Assembly (NCBI GenBank): GCA_965113315.1
Contig: OZ220367.1
Direction: 5' to 3' (one strand)
DNA length: 64,000 nt
From: Podarcis vaucheri
Lineage: Eukaryota
A program made the position numbers and the translations under genes. This document shows positions 49,654 to 62,237 of this stretch, piece after piece (position 1 is the first letter of the stretch; each line of letters begins with the position of its first letter). Under the pieces are notes generated by a model, which had not been told where the DNA came from, ran no database searches, and was given only the letters and a program-made list of their open reading frames with translations.

Positions 49654-51054
49654 CTGGTTAATATAGCAGAAGATATAATTTCAATGGTGCTTAAAATGTG
49701 GTGCAGATTAGAAATCGTAAAATATGTAGAAAAACTTATATCATTAAAATGTTATTGAATAATTTTTCCAAACTGTGAATAAGTATAAATCATGAATTTA
49801 TTTTGGTTCTTGAAGTTTGCTCATTAATTTTTTCAGTTTTTATTTTTAAACTGAAGTAGATATGGCATTTTATAAGAACTGAATATGGCATTTCATAATG
49901 TGAGAAAGTTACCATATAATAGAATATAAAATCCTTTTAAAATAGCATATTAGATTCTGCTAAGTGAAAACATGTAATTTACATTGTAAAAATAGTTTAT
50001 GGGAGCTGGATGTCTCTTGAAACATAAAGCGACATATAAATTAAATGAATAAAAATATTTGAAAAGAGGTGGGGACAAACAAGCTATGTCTGAACTCTGT
50101 AGTACAGTCAACTGTTAACAGTCCCTAACTGTTAATTTCCGCATTATGTTTGAACTTTCACCCAACAGACAAGCCACTTCCAGAAATATAGTAGAATATA
50201 GCACAAGTTCAGCACTCATTTCTGCATTATTTGCAGACAGATATTTCTCTGGGAAAGCGGAATCTGGGGCCTCACGCTTCAATCCCATGCAATTCCCTTG
50301 TGGGAGACAGTTCCACTTGGGACTTTATTCTGAGTAAATATGCACAGGATTGTTTGTGATATATCCTTTGCCATTGAAATACAATATAGCATGTTGTTAG
50401 ATACAGCCTTCAGATGTCTCTATATGTATGTGGTCATATAGAGCTTGCATGATTAATATGAATACCCCATGCTAGATACATATTCTGTCAATTAGATCTG
50501 GTGTTTGATTTGTTTTAAAGCTGATAAAAAATGAGTAAAAAATTACTTTGTATTACTAGTCTTCAGAATATATTGTATGTTACAGAACTCTCTCTCCCTC
50601 CCCCCACCCAAGTTCAAAAATGATCAAGATGTAATTTTCATTTCTGGAAGGAGGCAAATTAGCTCTTTTTTTTGTCTTCTGAGTGTTTTATTCACTGAGT
50701 TCAAACTCCTCTATGTGAAATAACTTCTAGACACAATGGCCAATGCCTATTAATATACAAAAATGCACCACTCATGACACTAGAGGCCAGGTTAACGGTA
50801 GCCTCTGTGAACTATCCAAACACAGAAGCAAAGATGTTTTAGTAATAAAAAAAAGAAAATCAATATTTGTTTTATGTTCTTCCTTGGAGCATTAGTACAT
50901 CTTCAAGCTTTAGAGGGCCACAAGCATCTTTTTTCCCCTGTTTATTTTGCAGCTTTTTAGCTTTCTAAGCAAAAGGGAAGCATAAGTGCACATTGGAAAA
51001 TAAGCTAGTCTAACCTTAGCTTTCCTTTTATTCTTGATTTCTGTGACACTCCAT

Positions 51055-51081
51055 ACACACACACACACACACACACACACA
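51055..51081. repeat. (AC)n microsatellite
   Basis: Direct reading. Confidence 0.95.
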
Positions 51082-51627
51082 ACTATTCTTAAAATGTTAT
51101 GATCATTTTGCAAAGTATAGTGAAGTACTTTCACTATTGTAACCACATTAAAGGATTGTTTTTTTATTCATAAGGTTTTATCTTACAAATCAGATGTTTT
51201 CAGTAGAATTCTTTTTTGCTCATCAATATTAACAGACACAATGACTTTAAGAGGGATAACGGTTGGTAGAAGTACACCCCCCTCAGAAATAAATAAATAG
51301 AATGAGCATCTTTTTTGCGTTCTACCCTGAGGCTGAAATGTTTATCACTCCACCCTCATTCTACAGAAGTGAATTTTATTATAAAATTTCCCCTAATCGG
51401 GCTCTGTCAGTGAGGTGTCTTATCGTTGGGAGGAAAATGACACCGATCCTATCGAAAAACAGAGACGATGTCACTGTGTCTCCAATCACAGCTTCTCAGC
51501 TTCCATATCTACCTTCTCCACAAACACCAAGCGCTGCTTTTTCTAAGAACATCAAAACCCAGCTAAGTCATTAAAATTGCACCCGCGTAGAGTTGCAGGG
51601 ATCAGCCACACTGGCGCAAAATGGGAT

Positions 51628-51759
51628 NNNNNNNNNNNNNNNNNNNNNNNNNNNNNNNNNNNNNNNNNNNNNNNNNNNNNNNNNNNNNNNNNNNNNNNNN
51701 NNNNNNNNNNNNNNNNNNNNNNNNNNNNNNNNNNNNNNNNNNNNNNNNNNNNNNNNNNN
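51628..51759. other. 132-nt N-run in unique sequence
   Basis: Run of N; the left flank retains CpGs and is non-repetitive. Confidence 0.95.
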
Positions 51760-54700
51760 TCAAGGATTTAGAGGGTCTCTGGCAGCAGCATATAGTGCTG
51801 CAGACAAAGTATTTTTACGCTTGAACTACGGTAGCTAAGGTGCAATCCCCAGTTAAGACTGCAAACAAAGACTATAACCCGCACAGTGCTAAGTTCAACA
51901 TGCAGACCACCTTCAGTTTAGAATGCTAAACCAAATACTGCTGGAGAACACTTTAAATGAATGACCGACTGAGTTTTGGTTGCTGAAATTTTTAGGGGGG
52001 AAATTAAACACCATTCTCCTATGTGAACCCTCGGACAGATTATCCTTAGCTCTTGTCTAAAAGACCTGTTCCTGGTCCCCCCCTTCCCAGTCCAGTTCCA
52101 AAATGTTGTTTGAATTAGTTATATTTTTCTACAGGACATGCATCTGCAGTTCCCAGAGTGTCTTGTGTTCACGTTCAAGCACTAAAAGATAAACATAAAT
52201 TAGCCATCAGGAAATTATGTAATGTTTCTTCAGAAAATGCCAGAGATTTTGAGTGTTTGTCTTCTAATAAGATGCAATTACAGGTCATACTTCGATTGCA
52301 AATAGTATCACTTTCTGATTATATAAGCTTTTCTCGTTATCTTTGTTTAGTGTGCTTGTAAGTTGGAGGAGGTGACTGAAATCTTATTTTTGACTAACAA
52401 GGAGTAAGCAGTAAAGGAAATATATTTAAAGCTGGAAAATGCATATATGTATCTTTAAATATTTAAAAAAAGCTACACAAAGCAGAACTAGAACATTTTC
52501 TTTGAGGTAATGAATTAATCTCACACTGGAAATGCATGGCCACTGCAATGATAAAAACTATGAGAAGCTGAAGTAAAAAAGCTTTTGGAGAAAAAAAATC
52601 AACTTTCTATTCAGATATGTCTAGGCATTTAGCAAAACAAAAATGTCTATTTGAATTAGCATTATATTGCAAGCTATCTCCCCCCCCCCCCATGTAGGGT
52701 GTAATATATCAGTCATGCAGTTTCTAAACATTGTATTCTGGCTTGGCAAATTTGATGGCATAGCATATAATTTCAATGTTTCATAAACCATAAAAGTGTT
52801 TAAAAACGAATAGAAAAGATGGCTCATACCACTCCTCAAGCTAAGCTGTTGTAAAAAGATCTGCATAACAAAATATGAATAAACTCTTGAAAAATCCCCA
52901 TGGGACAGATTTGTTCACTTTGCTTATATGGCAATTCCTTCCTATAAATATAACTTGTAAGCCCTTTGTAAGACTAGAAGTAAAAAATACGAAGTTTCCT
53001 GATACTGTTGGAGAAGACAGCATTTGATTATCTAATGGTTGTTTTTAAGCCGGAAAACCCAACAAAAAGAATAATATGGTTTGCATTATATGCATCTTCC
53101 ACCTCACCCTGAATTTTCTAGTAGAAATGAATACAGTCTTTTGCCAAACAGATTACAAAATGCATCTGCATTTTTATATACCCATATCAATACACTTTAA
53201 TTCTGTTTTATTGACTGTTATAACATTATGCTGTTTAAACCATATTGTATGTTTACTCAGCTTGAGTAAATTTGTGAGGTCACTTTTCTGGAATAATAGA
53301 AAAAAGGAATTCAGAGCAATTTTTGAATACTGTTCTTTTCACTGTCTGGATTAGGATGTTGCTCTGCATAACAAAGAATGAGACTTCTTTTATATTAGTA
53401 TTCTCAGCTTCTATAAAGGCTAGTGTTACTTCAGTTCATAAAAGAAAATATACAAAGTTAACTATATGGAGAAATTTAGAATACAACATCATCTTGAGAA
53501 GACGATGTCTAAAGAAAGGAATAAAAGTGTTGAAAACATTTTTTCTTTTAAAGAGGATGTATACTGATATACTAATGATGGTCTTGGGCATGTATTTTGC
53601 CACTGAATATTTTCAACTGACATCTCATGAGGTTGTGATTAAACAGGAAAATATTTGTTCCTCTCTCTTGAATGAGTAAGTATATCTTTCTTGTACCTTA
53701 GTCCTAAGCCCATTAACATGGAAGTAACTCCTATTGATTTCAGTAAAAGCTACTTCCAGGTAAGTTTACCTGTACTTGGGGCACTAGATAAGCTTTAAGA
53801 AAATGAAACACCGTACTTAAGCTATTCTTTTTATAATGCTCAACTTTATGATGTTAAAAAAGACTTCTGGATTTATATCAGTGGTGTGCAATTCATATTT
53901 CTCTCAGTGCCATACTGGAAGCAAGTTTGATTTATTCATAACCATCAGGCTTAACTAATATCTCCTCAAATGAATGTATCATATTTGGACTTATTTTTAA
54001 TAGGAAGTGAAGCATAAAGAGCTTTCATGCAGCACAGACATATGCAAGTGAAAACAAAAGGGTCTGTTTTCTTTTGCAAAGAACAATGCAGAACGCTTGG
54101 AAGAAAAATGCCACAAAATAAAGATGAACTTTCTGACTTTTTTGCAAAATAAAATCACAGTGCTTGATTGTTGTTTACAATAACTTGTATAAACTGGTCC
54201 TATTTTAGTTTAGATAGCTTGTAATTTGCTGTTGAGCTTTGATTACTAAGCTGGAAACTATATGTTGAAACAGTACAGCAATGTAATTATTGCCAGTACC
54301 TGTGGTAACTTTGCAAAAGCTGTCTGTAGTTGTCTGTAGTTATGCTATAGTGAGATGCCTTGACTCTTTGCAATACTGTACATTTGGAGTGCGTTCTGCT
54401 TTTCTACACATAGGCTGCGCCATTGAGCCACCAGTCAAATAAAATGTTTTCCTTCTTAACATTGTATAAGGAATGAAGTTGAAAATGCACTTAAGGGAAC
54501 TGGCTATCAGCATCTTTTTGTGTTTGTTACCATAATGGAATTTGGAAGAAATGCCACATGTTTTAAGTACCTAATTGTAACTTTAGTGAGTGTATTATAA
54601 GTTTGACCCTATTAAGTTTTTCCCCCAGCTGTAAATATACTATTGTTACTTTTTACTACAATATAACACAGTTGTTCTTTTTGAAATGTATATCAATTTT

Positions 54701-56244
54701 GTATTAAACATTTATTCATATACTGGGGATATTAATAATACATTTTATAGAAAAAGTAGCATCTGGATTATTTGACAGAGTTACGAATAAAGTGGTTAAT
54801 CTTACAAAATATAGTTTAAAGGTGGTATGATGAACAGGATTTAAACTAGATTAATTTAGAAAAAAAAATATCTGTAAATGTATTTAAAATAAGTTGCAGT
54901 ATGTCAAGATTATTATTTTTCTTTTAAAGTGTGCTTTAATTTTGGTATTAAATTTTACTGTGCAGTAACAACCAATTAACCTTCTGTATCTGTGAAAGGG
55001 ATTTGTCGAAGTCAAAGTGAATACTATTACTGTTCATCTAATGGAAGATATAAAATGTTCTATAAGTCTAGGGAAAAGCTCCTTCTGTTCCGATTAATGT
55101 GTGATACACATTAGTACAATATTTGCATAAACACTAGCTACATCTGATATCAGGGTCTCTAAATTAGTGGCTTTGTGGTATTCTGTATTTTGGTTTCTTT
55201 CTGATAAATTCTAGATAGTTTGACTCTGTCATGAGTAGGTTATAATGCATGTAAAACAGCAGAATGTTCACATAAAGTTTTGGCTCATTTAATGAACTGA
55301 AGAAATCAGGAACATGCTTTTTAATTTAACTGTTACTGGTTCGTGTGATGATGGGGCAGGTAGACAGCTTCCACACATTGTAATGTTTAATATAATGCAT
55401 TCAGTCAATTACCATTCATGGAACAAACTTTAATGTTCTGGAATGTTCACATTTTACATATGGATTACCAGGCTGTTTGTTACAGAGATTTACTTCTATT
55501 TTAGATTGTTTAAAATATTGTTTTTTTGCAGAAACTGTGTATAAAATATGAATGCCATTTCAGAAATAATACAAATGTGCTTTTTAAAGCAGTTTTTCTT
55601 TAAAAATGATCTTAGCATGTATATTCTGTCTTACATGTAACAACGTATTTAGTGATGCATCTGCAAAGGCAAGAATATGTTATATTTGAAATAGCCATCT
55701 CATTTGGACATTATAATAATACAAGAAAGTAAAATAGGCTGAGCACATTTAGCACAACATTTATTTACTTTATTATAGTACCAATGTACTATTGCGGCTG
55801 AATGCCCCCCCCTTTAGAAAACTAGTTGGAAATAAAGTTAATTTCAAATCACTAAATCACTCCTGTTTAACATAGCTTCTGTATGATGAATGTAATACTA
55901 ATAAAATCAAACACTAAAACTGTTGGCGTGCATTTGACCCCATAATATTAACTTTAATTTCTCAGATGCATATTTGGAAGCCCCAAGTGAGAAAAGAGAA
56001 GAAGAAAGCAAAACAAACTTAAAATGCTTGGTTGAAATACTGAATTTATAGCAGAAAATAGAAAGGACCCAATACTGTATATCCCAATAGAACATTTCAG
56101 ATAAGACTACAATGTCACAAGTTTGGAATATGCGTGTGTTAACTCCTGTATTATGTTACAGATAGGTAGCCGTGTTGGTCTGCCATAGTCAAAATAAAAA
56201 AATTCCTTCTAGTAGCACCTTAAAGACCAACTAAGTTAGTTCTT

Positions 56245-56285
56245 GGTATGAGCTTTCGTGTGCATGCACACTTCTTCAGATACAC
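56245..56285 (-). ncRNA. Minimal type I hammerhead ribozyme (PLE-type), antisense copy
   Basis: Minus strand GTGTATCTGAAGAAGTGTGCATGCACACGAAAGCTCATACC; stem I GUAU/AUAC is perfectly paired. Confidence 0.7.
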
Positions 56286-56295
56286 TTCAGATACA

Positions 56296-56336
56296 GTGTA
56301 TCTGAAGAAGTGTGCATGCACACGAAAGCTCATATC
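56296..56336 (+). ncRNA. Minimal type I hammerhead ribozyme (PLE-type), sense to VTI1A
   Basis: GTAT-CTGAAGA-A-GTGTGCATGCACAC-GAAA-GCTC-ATAT: CUGANGA and GAAA cores, palindromic stem II, AGCU mini-stem III, predicted cleavage after C56331, stem I GUAU/AUAU. Confidence 0.7.
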
Positions 56337-57857
56337 AAGAACTAACTTAGTTGGTCTTTAAGGTGCTACAGGAAGGAATTTTTTTATCCTGTATTATGGT
56401 GCATCCAGCTTGGAGCAGAAAGCATAGGGGAAATGGTGGATAAATAGCTCCTGGGTCCAACCGACCCTTGCATTCCATTGTAATGTTTTGGTGTTTTTGC
56501 ACACAAAGGGGTATGCAGAAAATAATCAGTAAATCTAAGTTGTGTTCCAAGCCCTCTTTTGAGAAGTTGCTGGGGATAATAAGGGCTCCATGAATGTGGG
56601 TGTTTGGTAGTTTCACTTTCCCATTCATTGAACTCCTTATCAATAGCTTAGAAAGTGAAATGCCAGTTTCCCCCCAAAAAGATTGAAAAAGGAAACATCA
56701 CAGGGTAATTGCTGAGGGCTATATGGAGTAGTGGTTCAGGTTTGTTTTTAAAAAGTGTAGTGAAACAGCTTCCCCCACTAGTTCAGAAAAGTTAAAATTC
56801 ATTTCCAAAACAATATTTGCTTAATATGCCATAACAATGTAATGTAATTTATTTGAAACATTCCAGTAGGATCTTTGACCATTAATAGAACTTGCTTTGT
56901 ACTTGAGTTGGACTTCTTTATATAATAATATATTCTGGACATGCACTGTCACTGAAATAACGTATGTGCTTAGTTTGGGTAGGAGGCACATGTCTTTGAA
57001 AAGCAGAAAAATAGAAATAAGAAAGTAAAGAGAATAATTTGTTCTCTTTCGAAAAGGCACTAGGAAATAATCAACCCGGGTACATTGAACGAGAGCATTG
57101 GTAAACAATATACACATTAGGGCGATCAGATTAGAATCTGTATCTTCCATGGACGTTTTTGTATTTAGGAAATTGTCAACAAGCCTGAAACATGCACTGC
57201 CTGAAATCTGCAAGAGTAATGGAAGGTAATACCTCTCCAGTTTACTTGGCTCTGTGGCAATCATAGGGCATGATAGTGGACCAAGATGTGTTCCGAATAA
57301 GGCTGACAGCTATATTCACAATTAATAAAATATGTATACTTGATAAAAAGAATGATGGTGGTCAGATGGTATACAAAGTCATGGTCACTGTATGAATTTT
57401 TACAGTGCCTAGTTGTAACTTGTGTGAGGACCACTTCCAGTTGGCTACATACTGTTGGTCAGTCACCACTGGAGAGATGAGGGGCTTAACCAGTCAGCTT
57501 GTCCACCTTATAACAGTTGTGCTGCTGTGGTCTCTCTGCCTTTTTATGGCCGATGGGTCTCCAGTTCTACACCATAGCCTGCCAGGAAAGAGGGAGCAGG
57601 GTTAGCACAATGTATCACTCCTGAAGGAAGGATGGTTGGATGGATGAGCAGGATCAATAAGCAGGGCAGGCCTACAATGGTACAGGAATTCATCCTGCCT
57701 AGAAATATTGAGGTTTCCAGAAACGGGGGCAAACCTAGTATATCTGCTGCTTTTATCTCAATGTTTTATGGGGTTTTTAAAATTAGGGCTCTGGTCATAA
57801 TTTGTTGTTATAATGTGTACCTCCCAAGAATCAAGCGAGGTCAATATAAAAATAGTA

Positions 57858-57975
57858 TCTCAGTGTTACCTATCTCACAGGATTGTTGTAAGGATAAAAT
57901 GAGGAGGGGGAAACTGTGTATGCTACCATAAGCCACTTGGAGGAAAAGTGAGGTATAAATGTAATGACTAAATGA
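57858..57975 (+). mobile_element. Squam3-like SINE 3' half
   Basis: CCTATCTCACAGGATTGTTGTAAGGATAAAATG...TTGGAGGAAAAGTGAGGTATAAATGTAAT. Confidence 0.65.
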
Positions 57976-58939
57976 AAATAATTCATTTAGATAAATCAAT
58001 ACAGCACAAAAGAAGTAACGGTAAATTCACAGCATGTCTTAACTGAGTACCTATGTCAGTGTTGGAAAAGCAATAAGAGGATATATTGTAGAGGTAGAAA
58101 GAGTAATCTGTAGGGCAGTGAAGAAGCTTCCAGCTGCAAGCTTAGTTTGGAAGTGTTCCCCACTCCCCTGAATCTTTGAAAAGTCTCATGTTGATTTCCC
58201 ACATCATTGTAAAATCCTCCAAGATTCTCTAGATACTCCCTCAGGCACTGACAATGTAATGATGGTGCTTGTTTCAGATGGCTGAACTTGCACTTGGTGT
58301 TTCTGTTCTCTACTTACTGAATTCTCAAAGTGCTGTTCACTTGGAGAGAATCCTTTCAACAACCCTCACTGCTTGCGCTGAAATTTGTCATTGCAGGGTC
58401 TGTAACACATGAGGGACATAACCCAAGATTTAAAAAAACAAAACAAAGAACATTGCTGTGTTTTCTGTCTTCACCCTTTGTCTGAAGCTTCTGATTGTTC
58501 ACCTAGACCTGTTGTCCTGAACTTTTAGGTCTTGCATTCTGTATTTCCCTGTGTTTTTCTTAGAGTAGCTAGGCCAAGGAGAGACTGCCTACATAGCCTT
58601 CAGTTGGAATTTGAAACCATCTTCATTCTTGATCCGTATACATATCCTCAAACATTACTTACAATTTATTCAAGGCCCAATTTCTGTCTTATTATAGGGC
58701 TATATTTATGATGCAATGTTAAGGGCGAGCTTGTAATGATAAAAGGGTTAGGCACTGTGGCTTATAATTAACATCAATTTGATATTTGCCAGTGTATGAA
58801 AGAAAAGTTTTAGCATGATCCATGTTGAATTTGGGGTATAAAGTATAAAAAATGTCTTTTCTATGGTAACCTTTTAAGGCCAGGTTTGCCAATTAATCTG
58901 AAAAGTCCCAACCTAAACTGTTCCTGCCCATTTAACTAC

Positions 58940-59340
58940 AATTGGTTCAAAATAGGACTACAAGTCTATTAAATAAGATTGAGCATTTTGATCATATTTT
59001 GCTTTACTGACTCCAGATCCATTTCCAGATCCATCTTAAAAGTGCTGGACTTCACATATAAAGTGCTGTGTTGCTGGTTTTAAAATGGAAAAGGTCTAAA
59101 GGACTTGGGCCCAGTCTGCCTGAAAGATCCCACACATGCCTACCTGAACCTTAAGACTCTGTAGAGGGATCTTGTTCTGAGTACCCCTGCCAAATGAAGT
59201 GATGTGAATAGGTACCAAGAAGAAAGGCTTTTTTTGGTGGTGGCATCCTTTGAAAAGCCTCTCCAGAAAGGCTCACATGGTGCGTTCTCTGTTACTTTTT
59301 GGCACCAAATGAAAGCCTTTTGATTCACTTAAACTTCTTA
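58940..59340 (+). mobile_element. Highly degraded L2 3' part
   Basis: Colinear with 62750-63140 (AAAGTGCTGG...CTGAAAGATC...GGCTTTTTTGGTGGTGGCA). Confidence 0.6.
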
Positions 59341-59796
59341 ATTAAATTTTAACCTCACCTTGGGCTGTTGTGGCTTAGTTTGGTTTCAGTCTGATTTGTA
59401 AACCGCTTATGCTGCGTCTGTTTGAATAAAAGTTTTGTTGCCTTTTATTGCTTATTCTCAATTTTAAGTACTGGGGTTACCTGGGCCTCTAGTGACAAAG
59501 CTGGATCCAGGAGAGCCCTCAGGCTATGTACCTGTTCCCTCGGGGGAGTGCAATCTAATCCAGAACTATTCATCTGTCAGGATGATTGCAAGGATTGGAA
59601 GAAAAACAACAAGTACTCTGTGCATACTGTATATATATTACAAGTACATGTGACTACCTGTGAGTTTTGTTTTTTAGCACTGGGTTTCTCAAGGGTATTC
59701 CCTCCCCCCTCCCAAAGAAGCCAGTGTTGAGGGAAGTGCCAAAAGTTCAGCCAAAAGCTACCAACATACCTGATTTGACTTGCCTTCATTAAATCT

Positions 59797-60078
59797 GGAT
59801 TGCTCAGTTGGTTAGATCATGGTGGTGATAATGCATAGCTCGTATCAGACACCTGCATATTCCTTCATTACAGAGGGTTGGACTAGTCAGTGGTTCTCAG
59901 CCTGTCGGTCCCCAGATGTTGTTGGACTACAACTCCCATCATCCCTGAGCTTTGGCCTTGCTAGCTAAGGGTGATGGGAGTTGTAGTTCAACAACATCTG
60001 GGGACCCACAGGTTGAGAACTGCTGGACTAGATGATCCACAGGGTTCCTACCAACTCTACAATTCTATAATTCTAAGA
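59797..60078 (+). mobile_element. tRNA-headed SINE with CR1-type tail, interrupted by a hAT MITE
   Basis: GCTCAGTTGGTTAGA head and 3' GGACTAGATGATCC...CCAACTCTACAATTCTATAATTCT (CR1-like terminal repeat). Confidence 0.7.
59888..60025. mobile_element. Palindromic hAT-type MITE
   Basis: TIR CAGTGGTTCTCA / TGAGAACTGCTG; internal CCAGATGTT...ACTACAACTCCCATCA inverted arms; TSD GACTAG(A)T. Confidence 0.85.
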
Positions 60079-61741
60079 ACATTGACATGAGCAGTTGTAA
60101 TGGAGGATCCTGCAGTGGTCAACAACAGCAACAATCTTTAAATGTAGCTGTAGTCTTGGGAAAGATTGGCGTGCACTACTTTTACAACGATTCAAGTTAT
60201 TTTCTTGACAGTATCCAATCCTTCATAACGAAGGAGGAAAACTAGGCAAAGTTATGTGAGTAGCTTCCTCTTGTGAATAGTTTGAATTTCTCAGGTGATA
60301 CACCCATATGTATTTTCCTTAAGCATTCTCATATTATTATTTAATGTGTTTGCATGTGTTCACTGTATTGGGAATGTGGTGCTATTCACTTTTGTTGTCC
60401 TAAATGCTTTTGTTCATACTGCATTCCATGCAGTTCAGCCTTCATACCCATGTATTTACTAACCATTCAACGCCTCACAGTATTCACACATAGATTATGT
60501 AAAAAAAATAAAATTATTTTTTTTAAAAAAACATTATTAAGGCTGCAGATGCTGTGAATGGATGATTACAATTTGCCTATCATGGTAATAGCACCTGTTA
60601 GAGGTGTGATACAAAAGGCAGTGACAGGCGGTGTAATTTAGTAATTGTAGCCATTGTACTGCATAGCTGGTCAGTTCACCAGGCAAGTACAAAGAAACTA
60701 GTGTTATGGCAGAGCAGGGGTGGGTAAGCTTAATAGAGAGAGCTAGTTGTGTACTGAAAGAGACTGTTGGTGGAGGCCTAAACTCCCAGGGGGCAACTTA
60801 GAATGAGTTGAAAAGAATGAACAAAAATGTGCAAAAAAGTACAGGTTTTCCTGTTTCACTTCTTAAAGTGACAGGCATCTTTTGCTGATGAGCCTTGCTG
60901 ACATTTGTTTAACTTGCTGGGGGGAAATAAAGGATAATTGAGAGTTCCTTTATCACAGGGTACCCTTAGGAAATGTACGAAACATAGACGGTAAGTATAG
61001 CTTAGTGGCGATTAGGTATGGGCTTGGCAAGATGGTAATTTGTACAAAAAGAAAAGGGAGGAAAAGCAAAACTGAGCTGAAAAGAGAACAAAACTTGTAG
61101 GGGGAGCTAGGCGTGGTATTAAATGAAAAAATAAGCTTTATATAGCAGGAAAGTGAAAGGCAATAAGTTTAAAAATTCTGTCAGAAATTTTTATTTTGGT
61201 TTTTACCACATAGTGGGGCATATAACTATCTCCTTTCTCACTCTCCATGCATTTCAGGAATGTGTGGGGGGGCTGCATGCATTAGCTACCCCACCCATAC
61301 GTTTCTTTCCCACCAACTGAATCCCCAGACTTTCTCATGTTGGGTGGAAGATGTGAAGGAGAAATATTTCCATGTTTTGGTTCCAAATCAAGGTTCCCAA
61401 TCATGTGCAGGACCCTGCGCACATTCAGACAAACTCATATAGGCTCCCTCTTCAGCTGTTTCACCCAGCATCTGGCAATGCAGCTAACTGTAGGTGGGAC
61501 CAGTCAACGCTGCCCCTTCATGTGTTCATGGAATGCAAGGAGGGTTACATATCTAAAGGGAGCTTTTAGTTTTAGGCTTCTCCTCTCTTTTTGCTTCTAC
61601 GTAGCAATGTTCACGATACCATAGTGCTTGAAATGCAGATATAACAACTGCATCTTGAACATTTGCATTTTCTTTCTTAAGTGCCTCCTAAAAATATACC
61701 TCGAGTCCTTCAGTTTCTGAACTTGAAAGACAGTTTCATAA

Positions 61742-62205
61742 GTTGTTGTTGGGACCTGTCTGTCTCGAAGGACAATGGAGTGCACCTCCGGGGGTGAAGT
61801 CAAACTGCAGCCTACTGTGGCTGCAGAGACAGGTAGCTTGGAACTGCTGCCTCTCACATTGTTGTTGCTACATTAGCGGCATGGAAGTGATCTCCCTGGG
61901 GCAGTGTGTATGGAAGTCCTGGGCTGCCCAGATGACAAGGGCCCTTCTTGGCCTCCCTGATGTGATCCAAAGGAAAGGAAAGCAATACATTTGGTGACAG
62001 CTTGGGCAGGAGTTGCCTACAAGATGCCACGCAGCCTTAGGGACTCCACTCCAGATTTGTGTAGGGTTTACTCGTTAGCTTTTGATTCTCCCAAGATGTC
62101 TCACAAGGCAACAGGTATGGATTTTTTCTCAGGGTTTACTCACAGAGCCTTACTCAAGGCAGCAGAGATTTAGGATCAGAGTTTTCCTATATAGGTTACC
62201 TTCCC
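61742..62205 (-). mobile_element. Non-autonomous RTE-derived element (RTE 5'-UTR-like body plus (CAA)n tail)
   Basis: Minus strand begins GGGAAGGTAACC...GGAAAACTCTGATCCTAAATCTCTGCTGCCTTG, recalled as typical of RTE 5' UTRs, and ends CAACAACAAC. No RT coding sequence. Confidence 0.55.
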
Positions 62206-62237
62206 ATGTATAAGTAGTATGCAAATAACTCAATATC

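Larger units (their letters stand above)
56156..56386. mobile_element. Penelope-like element relic forming an inverted (fold-back) pseudo-LTR
   Basis: 12-bp direct repeats TCCTGTATTATG (56144-56155 and 56387-56398). Inverted arms at 56195-56286 and 56295-56386 with ~3 mismatches. Unpaired TTACAGATAGGTAGCCGTGTTGGTCTG extension and hammerhead cores, as in PLE pLTRs. Confidence 0.85.

Noticed and set aside
13626-51838. Long ORFs containing X runs (e.g. 25069-25575, 29088-29472, 30177-30913)
   Set aside because: They are open only because N codons cannot be stops.
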